Positions 1-9,500 of a stretch of DNA of 33,238 nucleotides are shown in pieces. This stretch comes from a bacterium (GTDB lineage Bacteria > Zhuqueibacterota > Zhuqueibacteria > Zhuqueibacterales > Zhuqueibacteraceae): the NCBI GenBank assembly GCA_044869275.1, contig JBIOXB010000021.1, forward strand, positions 1 through 33,238, in the 5' to 3' direction. A program made the translations under genes and the position numbers. Numbering within the stretch: the stretch's first letter is position 1; every line of letters begins with the position of its first letter. The notes below the pieces were generated by a model, which saw nothing but the letters and a program-made list of their open reading frames with translations, was not told the origin of the DNA and did not search any database.

Positions 1-240
1 AGACCGTGTCCATAAAAACAAAATGGATTGCTGGATCAACAGGCTTCGGGAGTAAAAGCAGGGATAGATGGATTAATGAATAGATGGATTAATGGATTGC
101 TGGATTGTTCGGAAGTCTGGATCAATAATCCATCAATCCATCAATCCATTAATCCATCTATTCATTAATCCATCTATCCCTGCTTTTACTCCCGAAGCCT
201 GTTGATCCAGCAATCCATTTTGTTTTTATGGACACGGTCT
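1..240. repeat. Long inverted repeat: 1-99 is the exact reverse complement of 142-240; both arms contain degenerate octamer repeats (ATGGATT[A/G]-type)
   Basis: Direct base-by-base comparison. Pairing extends with one mismatch to 107/134. The right arm includes the first 13 nt of mnmE. Confidence 0.95.
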
Positions 241-1625
241 CGAACGATACCATCGTCGCCCTCGCCTCGCCTCCCGGCAAAGGCAGTATTGCTTGCCTGC
301 GCATTTCCGGCCCGCAGTCTTTCGCTTTGATTCACGATTTATTGCCCGCCCATAAACCGCTCCAGGAATTTCCCATAAATAAAATCGGTGTGGCGTGGTT
401 ACGGAATGAACGAAATGAGAAAATCGACCAGGTGACGCTGGTGCGTTACCAGGCCCCGCATTCCTATACGGGTGAAGACGTTGTCGAAATTTTTTGCCAC
501 GGTGGCAAAATTATTCCCAGCTTGATCATGGAAAGTTTGTGCGCGCGGGGTGCACGCCCGGCCCGGCCCGGTGAGTTCACGAAACGCGCATTGTTGCACG
601 GCAAGATGGATTTGATTCAAGCCGAGGCCGTCGCTGAAATCGTGAATGCAGAGTCTCCCGCATATTTGCATGGCGTGGTGTCGCAGCTCGAAGGCGCATT
701 CTCTAAAAGAGTGGGTGATCTCAGGCAACGCTTGCTGCATGCTTGCGCGCTCTTGGAACTGGGGCTCGATTTCAGCGAAGAAGATCTCGAATTTGCCGAT
801 CGCGTCCAGCTCGCACGGGAATTGCGGGAAGTGGATGAAGTGCTGGCGTATTTACTTGCCGGATTCAACCGCGGCCAGGCGTTTAAAGAGGGGTGGCGCG
901 TGGCGATCGTCGGCAAACCCAATGTCGGCAAGTCGAGCTTGATGAATGCGCTGCTGAAGCATGATCGTGTCATCGTGAGCGACATTCCCGGCACCACGCG
1001 GGATACCATCGATGAGCGCCTCATGATCAAGGGCATGCTTTTCCGTGTGATCGACACGGCGGGGATCCGCGCGCATGCCGAGCAGATTGAAAAAATCGGC
1101 ATCGAACGCTCCCGCCGCGCGGCGCGCGAGGCGGAGGTGATTCTGTTCGTCTCCGATCGTGCCAGCGAGGCGAATCAGGACGACCTGGCACTGGCCGAAG
1201 AATGCGCGCAAATACAGTCCGCCGAGGGCAAGCCGGCGATCATTCACGTCTGCAATAAATCCGATCTCGAGCCCTCACCACGAGCCTTTGTTTTTGAGAA
1301 TGGCCGCGCGCAAACCATCAGCCTCTCTGCCGCGACTGGCAGCGGCATCGCAGAGTTGGAAAAAATGATGGTGGCAGCAGTAGCGCCCGAGCCGGCGCGT
1401 GCTTCTGAAGAAGCCTATTTCATCAACCAGCGCCAAAAGCTCGCACTCGAACGCGCGCGCGCCTCTTTGCAGGCCGCGCAATCCTCTCTCGCCATGAGTC
1501 TCTCCGCTGAATTTGTCGTGGTGGATCTAAGGGAAATGATTCGCCAGCTCGAAGCGCTGGTGGGTGAAGTCACGAACGAGGACGTGCTCGGCGAAATTTT
1601 TGCCAATTTTTGTATCGGGAAATAG
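228..1625 (+). CDS. mnmE: tRNA modification GTPase MnmE (TrmE)
   Basis: N-terminal DTIVALASPPG, SYTGEDVVEIFCHGG, G1 GKPNVGKSS, G2 GTTRD, G3 DTAG, G4 NKSD, C-terminal FCIGK. Confidence 0.98.
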   Translation: MDTVSNDTIVALASPPGKGSIACLRISGPQSFALIHDLLPAHKPLQEFPINKIGVAWLRNERNEKIDQVTLVRYQAPHSYTGEDVVEIFCHGGKIIPSLIMESLCARGARPARPGEFTKRALLHGKMDLIQAEAVAEIVNAESPAYLHGVVSQLEGAFSKRVGDLRQRLLHACALLELGLDFSEEDLEFADRVQLARELREVDEVLAYLLAGFNRGQAFKEGWRVAIVGKPNVGKSSLMNALLKHDRVIVSDIPGTTRDTIDERLMIKGMLFRVIDTAGIRAHAEQIEKIGIERSRRAAREAEVILFVSDRASEANQDDLALAEECAQIQSAEGKPAIIHVCNKSDLEPSPRAFVFENGRAQTISLSAATGSGIAELEKMMVAAVAPEPARASEEAYFINQRQKLALERARASLQAAQSSLAMSLSAEFVVVDLREMIRQLEALVGEVTNEDVLGEIFANFCIGK

Positions 1626-1763
1626 GATTAGTTTTTGTATTTTATACCTGGTGCGGTGAAACTCGAAGAGCGCAGCGTTTTTTTGCGCGGAAAGGCGCCG
1701 AGTTTCGCCGCGGGCATTGTGGCCAAATTATTTCATGTTTTAATTATCTGTATTTTAACATTT

Positions 1764-3707
1764 ATGCACGAAACCTACGAGGTCATCGTCGTCGGTGCCG
1801 GCCACGCCGGTGTCGAAGCGGCCTTGGCAGCGGCGCGCATGGGTATGCGCACCATGCTGCTCACGATGAACGTTTCGACCATCGGACAAATGTCCTGCAA
1901 CCCTGCGATCGGCGGCATTGCCAAGGGCCAGCTTGTACGAGAATTGGACGCGCTCGGTGGAGAAATGGGATGGGCCACTGACGATGCCGGCATTCAATTC
2001 CGCATGCTCAACAAGAGCAAAGGACCGGCAGTTTGGTCGCCGCGCGCGCAAGCCGATCGCGCGCAATATGCCGCACGCGTCCGCCTGGCTTGTGAACGGC
2101 AGGAGAATTTGGAAATCCGCCAAGACATGGCCTGCGGAATTGTGGCGAGCAGCCGAAAGATACAAGGCATCAAAACCCGAACCGGCGGAACGATCCACTG
2201 CCGCAATCTCGTCATCACCGCTGGAACTTTTTTGAACGGCGTGATTCATATTGGCTTGACCAATTATGAAGCCGGCCGTGCAGGTGAATTCGCTGCGAAA
2301 GGATTGACCGAATCTTTGCTAGGGTTCGGCATTGAAACCGGCCGTCTAAAAACCGGAACTCCGCCCAGGCTCAATGGTCGCACCATCGACTACTCTAAAA
2401 TGGACATCCAACCTGGAGACGAACCGCCTCCGCCATTTTCATTTCGGCATGATTCCTTGCAGCTCGAGCAACTACCCTGCTATCTCACTTATACAAATCA
2501 GGCCACGCATGAAATTCTGCGCATGGGTTTGGATCGTTCGCCGATGTACACCGGGAGAATTCAAGGTGTTGGTCCGCGTTACTGTCCTTCGATAGAAGAC
2601 AAGATCACGCGCTTTGCTGAGAGAAATCGCCATCAGATTTTCATTGAGCCGGAGGGGAGGCAGACCACGGAAGTTTATGTCAACGGCTTCTCTACGAGTT
2701 TGCCCGAAGAAGTGCAATTGCAGGCGATCAAAACCGTGCCCGGTTTGGAAAATGCGCAAGTCACGCGCCTGGGATATGCTGTTGAGTACGATTATTTTCA
2801 ACCGACGCAGCTTTATCCCTGGTTGGAATCCAAGCTCGTTGAAGGACTCTTTCTCGCGGGACAAGTGAACGGTACGACGGGATATGAAGAAGCAGCGGTG
2901 CAAGGATTTATTGCCGGCGTGAATGCTGCGCGCAAGAGCGCGGGATTAGATCATTTTGTGCTGAATCGCAGCGAGGCATACATCGGCGTGTTGGTGGATG
3001 ATCTGGTGACGAAAGGAACGATCGAGCCTTATCGCATGTTTACCTCGCGGGCAGAGTATCGCCTGTTGCTGCGGCAAGACAACGCGGATTTGCGTTTGAG
3101 TGAATATGGGCATCAACTCGGCTTAATCGATGACACCATGAACGCCCGTGTGATCAAAAAGAAAAATGAAATAGCCAAAGTGATTGCAGCTCTACGCGCG
3201 ACCATCGTGAGCCCGGAAGAACTCAACGACAAGCTGCGCGCATTAGATACCACTCCCTTGACCGATCACGAGAGCCTGCTGAAAATCCTGCGGCGTCCGG
3301 AAGTTGCTTTAAGAGATCTGCGTGGCATTGGCCGCTTTGAAATTTGGGAGAATTGGCAGAGCAGCTTTTGGCAGAAAATCGCCGAGCAGGTTGAAATCGA
3401 AGTCAAGTATGAAGGTTTCATTGCCAGGCAAAAGCAGGAAGTCGAGCATTTTGAGAAGTTGGAAAACAAACGCCTGCCGGCTGAAATTGATTACATGTCC
3501 TTGACCGCGCTATCGAAAGAGGCGCGAGAAAAGCTGCACCGGCTTCGCCCGATCTCTTTTGGACAGGCCGAGCGCATTTCCGGCATTTCACCCGCAGACA
3601 TTGGAGCCTTGATAGTGTATGTAAGGAAGGGATTCCCCACTGTTTCACGTGAAACAGTGGAGGAAGAAACAGACTGTGTGAAAACGCCTGGTTTCAACGC
3701 CGGCTGA
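1764..3707 (+). CDS. mnmG: tRNA uridine-5-carboxymethylaminomethyl modification enzyme MnmG (GidA)
   Basis: [17 protein letters not shown] motif, [62 protein letters not shown]. Start moved to ATG 1764 because the upstream in-frame extension does not resemble MnmG. Confidence 0.98.
   Translation: MHETYEVIVVGAGHAGVEAALAAARMGMRTMLLTMNVSTIGQMSCNPAIGGIAKGQLVRELDALGGEMGWATDDAGIQFRMLNKSKGPAVWSPRAQADRAQYAARVRLACERQENLEIRQDMACGIVASSRKIQGIKTRTGGTIHCRNLVITAGTFLNGVIHIGLTNYEAGRAGEFAAKGLTESLLGFGIETGRLKTGTPPRLNGRTIDYSKMDIQPGDEPPPPFSFRHDSLQLEQLPCYLTYTNQATHEILRMGLDRSPMYTGRIQGVGPRYCPSIEDKITRFAERNRHQIFIEPEGRQTTEVYVNGFSTSLPEEVQLQAIKTVPGLENAQVTRLGYAVEYDYFQPTQLYPWLESKLVEGLFLAGQVNGTTGYEEAAVQGFIAGVNAARKSAGLDHFVLNRSEAYIGVLVDDLVTKGTIEPYRMFTSRAEYRLLLRQDNADLRLSEYGHQLGLIDDTMNARVIKKKNEIAKVIAALRATIVSPEELNDKLRALDTTPLTDHESLLKILRRPEVALRDLRGIGRFEIWENWQSSFWQKIAEQVEIEVKYEGFIARQKQEVEHFEKLENKRLPAEIDYMSLTALSKEAREKLHRLRPISFGQAERISGISPADIGALIVYVRKGFPTVSRETVEEETDCVKTPGFNAG
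3641..3656. promoter_or_regulatory. parS: parS site 1 (ParB-binding centromere), inside the 3' end of mnmG
   Basis: Perfect consensus TGTTTCACGTGAAACA. The palindrome extends to 24 bp (CCAC...GTGG, 3637-3660). Confidence 0.93.
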
Positions 3708-3802
3708 GCCTGTCGAAGCCGGATCTTTTGCACTAAGCTCCCTTCGACAAGCACCCTTCGACAAGCTCAGGGTGCGGCAATTCCGAGTTTTCACACAGTC
3801 TG
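3670..3802. mobile_element. MITE-like element copy 1 (16-bp perfect TIRs, internal REP-like hairpin)
   Basis: CAGACTGTGTGAAAAC (3670-3685) and GTTTTCACACAGTCTG (3787-3802). Internal inverted repeat CTGAGCCTGTCGAAG (3704-3718) with CTTCGACAAGCTCAG (3756-3770). Confidence 0.75.
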
Positions 3803-3863
3803 AAATCTAGTCCGCGAACGAACGGAATCGGGACAGCCTGCGGAAGCGGGAGAAAGCCCCAGA

Positions 3864-3879
3864 TGTTTCACGTGAAACG
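3864..3879. promoter_or_regulatory. parS: parS site 2
   Basis: TGTTTCACGTGAAACG, 15/16 match to the consensus. Confidence 0.88.
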
Positions 3880-3892
3880 GTGGAGGAAAAAA

Positions 3893-4011
3893 CAGACCGT
3901 GTGAAAACGCTTGGTTTCAACGCCGGCTGAGCCTGTCGAAGCCGGATCTTTTGCACTAAGCTCCCTTCGACAAGCTCAGGGTGCGGCAATTCAGAGTTTT
4001 CACACAGTCTG
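3893..4011. mobile_element. MITE-like element copy 2
   Basis: CAGACCGTGTGAAAAC (3893-3908) and GTTTTCACACAGTCTG (3996-4011); same interior as copy 1 apart from the 14-bp duplication. Confidence 0.75.
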
Positions 4012-4072
4012 AAATCTAGTCCGCGAACGAGCGGAATCGGGACAGCCTGCGGAAGCGGGAGGAAACTCCTGA

Positions 4073-4088
4073 TGTTTCACGTGAAACA
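4073..4088. promoter_or_regulatory. parS: parS site 3
   Basis: Perfect consensus TGTTTCACGTGAAACA. Confidence 0.93.
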
Positions 4089-4212
4089 CGGGACGATTCC
4101 AGATTCCCGTCCTGCCGCTGCGGGATGAATCCATTCGCGTTCCTTCGCGGTTTGAGAAAAGGGAAAGTTATTTGATTCTCAGTCCTTAATACGCTTACTT
4201 CAAGTATTTAGC

Positions 4213-4884
4213 ATGACCTTCCAGAATCCAAAAGTCAGCACAGAACTCTTGCCAGAGTTGCTGCGCTCATTGCCCAAAGATTTCCGGCTCGATGATCTCC
4301 AAATCCAGCAATTCGGAACTTATCTAGATCTGATTCTGCAATGGAATCAGAAAGCCGGGTTGATCTCTCCGGCTGATGAAAGCAGATTGGTCAAGCGCCA
4401 TATCATCGAATCCTTGGGAGTGTTGAGCGTCAATTTGCTGCAGCCATCGGCGTCAGTCCTGGACATGGGTACAGGCGGTGGCTTTCCGGGTGTTCCAGTC
4501 AAGATCGCGATGCCGTCTTTACATATGACGCTTTTGGACTCGAGACGCATGAAGGCCCTGTTCCTGGAAGAAGTGCTGCGCAAGCTGGCTCTGAAAAACA
4601 CCACGGTCGCGCACCAGCGTGCAGAAAAGGCCGCGACGGATTTCTCTCAGATATTCGATTTCATTTTGGCGCGCGCGGTAACGGATTTGGAAACTTTGTG
4701 GACTTGGTCTTTGCCGCTTTTGAAGAAGGGTGGAAGGCTGCTGGCACAAAAAGGCGGTGAATTGAATGCAGAGCTAAATCAGCTCCTGAGTTCATATTCT
4801 GAATTGCGGCCCACCAAATTGTCATATCCAGAAGAGTGGCCCATAGAGCCTTCGCGCTTTATTATTGTCCTTCGGAAGGATTGA
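4213..4884 (+). CDS. rsmG: 16S rRNA (guanine-527-N7) methyltransferase RsmG (GidB)
   Basis: WNQKAGLIS, RHIIESL, SAM motif LDMGTGGGFPG, LLDSRRMK, RAE, ARAV, QKG; position after mnmG. Confidence 0.95.
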   Translation: MTFQNPKVSTELLPELLRSLPKDFRLDDLQIQQFGTYLDLILQWNQKAGLISPADESRLVKRHIIESLGVLSVNLLQPSASVLDMGTGGGFPGVPVKIAMPSLHMTLLDSRRMKALFLEEVLRKLALKNTTVAHQRAEKAATDFSQIFDFILARAVTDLETLWTWSLPLLKKGGRLLAQKGGELNAELNQLLSSYSELRPTKLSYPEEWPIEPSRFIIVLRKD

Positions 4885-5793
4885 ATGAGCAAGAGAGTCT
4901 TTGACGAAATTGAGGGGCTGGTCACGGAAACGCCCAATCCGCGCTCAGTGGAAATCGACGCCAGGAGTACCCTCGAAGTTCTGCAAGTAATAAATGAAGA
5001 AGATCAGCAGATTCCGCTCGTCGTTGCCCAGGAGATTCCCTACATCGCACAAGCGGTAGATTTGATTGTGAATTGTTTTAAGCACGAAGGCAAGCTCTTT
5101 TATATCGGCGCCGGAACGAGTGGAAGGCTTGGCATTCTGGATGCTTCCGAATGCCCGCCGACTTATGGCACTGACCCGGAAATGATACAGGGCGTCATCG
5201 CCGGCGGTTTCAAAGCTTTGGTGCGTTCGCAAGAGGGCGCGGAAGATGACGAATGCCGGGGCGCAATGGATTTGCGTGAAGCGGGATTCTCGTCGCAGGA
5301 CATTGTCCTGGGTATCGCAGCCAGCCGCCGAACACCATACGTGCTCGGCGCGTTGAATTACGCCAAAGGAATTGGTGCGAAGACGATTTATCTCACCTGT
5401 AACCCGCGCTCAGAGCTGACCATTTCCGTTGATGTTTCCATCTGCCCGGTGGTCGGACCGGAAGTGATTATGGGCTCGACGCGCATGAAAGCCGGCACGG
5501 CCACCAAGTTGGTGCTGAACATGATTACGACCACGGCCATGATAAAACTTGGCAAAGTCTATGGCAATATGATGGTCGATCTGCGCCAAACTTCCGAAAA
5601 AACCGCAGAACGCTCCAAGCGGGTGGTGATGATGGTGACCGGCTCAAGTTATGAACAGGCGGGGAGCTTACTCGAGAAAGCGAATGGGCACGTCAAAACG
5701 GCGCTGGTGATGGCGCTGGCAAATGTGACTGCCGCAGAAGCGCGAGCTAGATTGTTGAAAGCGGATGGGTTCATCCGAAAAGCCATCTATTAA
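4885..5793 (+). CDS. murQ: N-acetylmuramic acid 6-phosphate etherase MurQ
   Basis: TETPNP, YIGAGTSGRLGILDASECPPTYG, EGAEDD, VGPEVIMGSTRMKAGTATKLVLNMITT, GKVYGNMMVD. ATG directly follows the rsmG TGA. Confidence 0.96.
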   Translation: MSKRVFDEIEGLVTETPNPRSVEIDARSTLEVLQVINEEDQQIPLVVAQEIPYIAQAVDLIVNCFKHEGKLFYIGAGTSGRLGILDASECPPTYGTDPEMIQGVIAGGFKALVRSQEGAEDDECRGAMDLREAGFSSQDIVLGIAASRRTPYVLGALNYAKGIGAKTIYLTCNPRSELTISVDVSICPVVGPEVIMGSTRMKAGTATKLVLNMITTTAMIKLGKVYGNMMVDLRQTSEKTAERSKRVVMMVTGSSYEQAGSLLEKANGHVKTALVMALANVTAAEARARLLKADGFIRKAIY

Positions 5794-5819
5794 AATGACA
5801 GTAGGCAGATAGCCGGAGC

Positions 5820-6056
5820 ATGGCAGATCGAAGTATGGAAAGTTTGGCGCAATCTGGCATTCTGGTGGGTGCTGCGTTGATACCCATTATCCCAAGTGCC
5901 GGCGACGATGAGATTCATTTATCCGATGCCGTGCGCGCAACAAAAGATTATGGCGGTAAGTTTGTCTTGGCCCGTGGCTTCGCCTTGCCGGGCGTCGGTC
6001 CGGGTATTGCGGCGGAAATGGTCAATTGCTTCGAATTTGAAGTGCATCAACCCTAG
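5820..6056 (+). pseudogene. Internal fragment of a radical SAM protein (SplB/Rv2578c-like)
   Basis: LAQSGILVGAALIPIIPSAGDD...AVRATKDYGGKFVLA resembles the central strand/helix region of this family (recalled, not searched). No CxxxCxxC motif. Confidence 0.45.
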
Positions 6057-6085
6057 TTAAAGCAAAAATTAAGAGACATGAAGCC

Positions 6086-6330
6086 ATGTCTGCCACGGTT
6101 CCGATCTCTGTTCCTGAGCTTAACGAAGTCCAGGCGTTTGCCAAAAAACGTCACACAGAAGGCAAGGCCTGGAAAGGCGAGGCCTTTGGCTGACAAGCGG
6201 AATACAATCCCGAACGAGCCGAGGCACCGTTGGATTCTAAAATGACTTCTACGCCGGCGGATTTCTGTATTGGCGAGAGCGGCATCTGGTTCTTTTCGCT
6301 GATGTGGGAGCACGGCAAAAACGCAGAGCC
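6086..6330 (+). pseudogene. Small hypothetical gene interrupted by an in-frame TGA (6191-6193) and truncated at its 3' end; not in the ORF track
   Basis: ATG 6086 gives MSATVPISVPELNEVQAFAKKRHTEGKAWKGEAFG*QAEYNPERAEAPLDSKMTSTPADFCIGESGIWFFSLMWEHGKNAEP, protein-like on both sides of the stop. Confidence 0.6.
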
Positions 6331-6510
6331 GCGCATGAGCGCATTGCTTACTTCCAACGCCTGCTTGCGCAGTTGCGGGTGACGGCAAAGCCAGATGAAT
6401 TTATGGCCGTGTCGAGCGGCTATCACGCGGAGATTCAGCGCATGCAGAAAGAGAAACTGGATTATCTCATGCTTCATGCCAGTGAAACGAAGTCGCGTGA
6501 AGCGGCATGA
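6304..6510 (+). pseudogene. 5'-truncated small helical hypothetical protein
   Basis: HERIAYFQRLLAQLRVTAKPDEFMAVSSGYHAEIQRMQKEKLDYL is amphipathic and protein-like. The first residues appear to come from the upstream remnant in another frame. The stop overlaps the mfd ATG. Confidence 0.5.
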
Positions 6511-9500
6511 TGAACATTGTTGAAGTTGATGAAGGAAAAGTGTTCGAACCCATCAAAAAAATTCTCCAATTCTCCTCCGCCGTTGAGCAAATCATTTCCG
6601 CTGTGCAGGCGAAGGAGAAAGTCACGATCAAAAACGCCGCCGGCTCGCTGTCAAGCATGCTGGTTTCGATTTTGACCGAGCGCAATGCCGCCCCCGCGTT
6701 GTGCATCGTGCCTTATCTCGATCAAGCCGAGCACCTGCGCGACGAACTGGCGGAAATGCTGCCGCAGCGCCGCGTGGTACATTTTCCTCCCTCGAAGGCT
6801 CTGCCCTGGGGACACCGCGATGTGCCCACGGTGACGCAGCAGCTCGAAGTCGTGGAAAGCCTGCTCAGTCTTTCCCACCGGGAAGCCGCGACACAGGAGT
6901 CTTCTCCTATTGTTGTTGCGACGGTGAAAGCGTTGTTCACCGCGCTGGTGGAAATGAAGTCGCTCGCGGCGAGGAAGATTCAAATCAAAGTCGGCGACGA
7001 GCTGCCATTTGAGACCTTGTTGCAGCAGCTTGTGGAAATGGGCTTCGAGCGCCAGCCCGTAGTGGAACAGGCGGGCGAGCTGAGTGTGCGCGGCGGCATT
7101 ATCGACTTGTTTCCCTTTTCCCGCCCTCTGCCGTTGCGCTTGGAGTTTTGGGGCGACCGCGTTGAATCCCTCCGCGAGTTCGACGCCGCGACGCAGCGGT
7201 CGGAAAATGAAGTCAGTGGCGTGCTGCTTTTTCCGCAAAATATTGAAGAAGACGACGGCCACGGCAAATCCAAAACCAAAACAGAAACCACGCTGTTCGA
7301 TTATCTTCCGCATGATACGCAAGTGCATCTGCTGCAAGCCGAACACCTCGCGGCCGCGCTGGCGGATAAAAACGTGGACAGCGACGAAGAAGAATGGCTG
7401 GAAACGAACGTCGCGTTTGAGGAGGAGGGCGATCGCTGGCAGGAATTTTCAGCGCGCCTCAAAAAATTTCCGCAAATTGTCTTTTCGAATTTTCAAGCCA
7501 AAGAAGCCGGCAGGGTTTTCGATCTCAAGGCCGTGCATCAACCCGCCCTGCACGGCGACTTGAAGGCTCTGCGCCGCGAGCTGGAAACACTGCGCAATAA
7601 AGCGTTAGGCGAAATTCCGCAAATGTTCTTGATATGCGAATCTCCTTCGCATGCCGAGCGCCTCGCCGATTTGTTGCACGAAAGCGGCTTCGATGAATTC
7701 CGGCTGCAGTTTCTCGCTGGCATATTGTTTCACGGCTTTGCCATGCCGGAAATCGGATTGGTGGTTTATACCGATCACGAGTTTTATGGCCGCAGCCGCC
7801 GGCCGCAGCGCCGCCGCAAGCTCAAAGAAAGCCTCACTTTCCGCCAGCTCAAGACGCTGGCGAAGGGCGATTTCATCGTGCACGTCGATCACGGCATCGG
7901 CGTGTACCAGGGCCTGCAGCATATCAAGGTGGGCCGCCACGAGCGCGAATGCATTGTGATTCATTATGAGGGCAACGACAAGCTCTTTGTACCGTTAGAC
8001 AAAATGGATCGCGTGCAGAAGTATACCTCGCGGGAGGCGGCCGCGCCGAAGATTCACAAACTGGGCTCGCCGGATTGGGATCGTCTCAAGGCGCGCACCA
8101 AGAAGCGGCTGAAAGACATTGCCAAGGATTTGATCTCGCTCTATGCCCTGCGCAAGTCGCAAAAAGGCATCGCGTTTCCGCCGGACACGTTGTGGCAAAA
8201 AGAGCTCGAGGCTTCTTTTGAGTATGAAGAAACGCCGGATCAAACGCGCGCCATCGAAGAAGTCAAAAGCGACATGGAGACCGAACGTCCCATGGATCGC
8301 CTGGTCTGCGGCGACGTCGGCTTCGGCAAAACCGAGGTTGCGATGCGTGCAGCATTCAAAGCGGTGCAAGACGGCAAGCAAGTCGCGATTCTCGTGCCGA
8401 CCACGCTGCTGGCGCAGCAGCATTTCAATACTTTCACGGAACGGCTGAAAAAGTATCCCGTGCGCGTCGAAATGATCTCACGGTTCCGCACCACGAAAGA
8501 ACAAAAGGAGTCGGTTGAGCGTCTTAAAAATGGGGAAGTTGATATCATGATCGGTACACACCGGCTGCTGTCGAAAGACGTCGGCTTCAAAGATCTGGGC
8601 TTGATCGTGATTGACGAGGAGCAGCGCTTCGGCGTGCGCCACAAGGAAAAACTGAAAAGTCTGAAAGTCAATGCCGACGTGCTGGCGCTTTCGGCCACGC
8701 CCATTCCACGTACGCTGCACATGTCGCTCATGGGAGTGCGGGACATGACCAACATTAACACCCCGCCGCGTGACCGCCAGCCCATTCAAACCGAAGTGGC
8801 GCAGTTCGATCACGATTTGATCCGCCAGGCGATTCTGCGCGAGATTCATCGCGGCGGCCAGGTGTTTTTTGTGCACAATCGCGTCAGCTCGATTTACCGC
8901 ATGGCCAGCGTGCTGCGGCGCCTGGTTCCGGAAGTGGAAATCGGCGTGGGGCACGGCCGCATGAAGGAGCACGAGCTGGAGCGCGTCATGCTCAGCTTCA
9001 TCAATCGTGAATGCAACGTGTTGATTTCGACGATGATCATCGAATCCGGGCTCGATATTCCGAACGTGAACACCATGATCATCAATCGCGCCGACCGTTT
9101 CGGACTGGCGCAGCTTTATCAGTTGCGCGGCCGCGTGGGCCGCAGCAGCCAAAAGGCTTTCTGCTATTTGTTGATTCCGCCGATTCGCAATCTGTCGGTG
9201 GAGGCGATCAAGCGTCTGGAAACCGTGGAAGAATACACCGATCTCGGCAGCGGCTTCCAAATCGCCATGCGCGATTTGGAGATCCGCGGCGCGGGCAATT
9301 TGCTGGGCGCGGAGCAAAGCGGCATGATCGACGCCATCGGCTTCGATCTTTATCAACGCATCTTGGAAGAAGCCGTGCGCGAAACCCGGCGCGAGACCTT
9401 CCCCGAAGCCGAGCCCTTGCCCGCGAAATACGACGACTGCAAAGTCGAGTTGGAAGGCGATGCGTTTTTGCCGGACGATTACGTGAGCCTGCCTTCCGAG

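Larger units (their letters stand above)
3641..4088. repeat. Tandem duplication: unit 1 3641-3863 (223 bp), unit 2 3864-4072 (209 bp), then a third parS
   Basis: Near-identical units read directly. The 14-bp length difference is an internal duplication (CCTTCGACAAGCAC at 3741-3754) in unit 1. Confidence 0.93.

Noticed and set aside
1..240. Protelomerase hairpin telomere
   Set aside because: The centre is an imperfect loop rather than a perfect palindrome, no telomere resolvase is present, and neighbouring genes are typical of the origin region.
1635..1763. 43-aa N-terminal extension of MnmG in the ORF track
   Set aside because: Similarity to MnmG starts at ATG 1764; the upstream sequence is AT-rich and promoter-like.
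1626..1763. oriC in the mnmE-mnmG gap
   Set aside because: Short, and no TTATCCACA-type DnaA boxes were found by eye.
3491..3989. Minus-strand ORFs 3491-3754 and 3807-3989 with similar peptides
   Set aside because: They are translations of the non-coding tandem repeat/MITE.
3641..4088. CRISPR array (palindromic 16-mer recurring at regular spacing)
   Set aside because: The intervals are about 200 bp and nearly identical rather than unique 30-40 bp spacers. The repeat is the parS consensus. No cas genes.
6191..6193. Alternative genetic code or selenocysteine recoding
   Set aside because: TGA terminates many intact genes here (rsmG, surA, pdxA, fumC), the context suggests Trp, and the ORF is also truncated.
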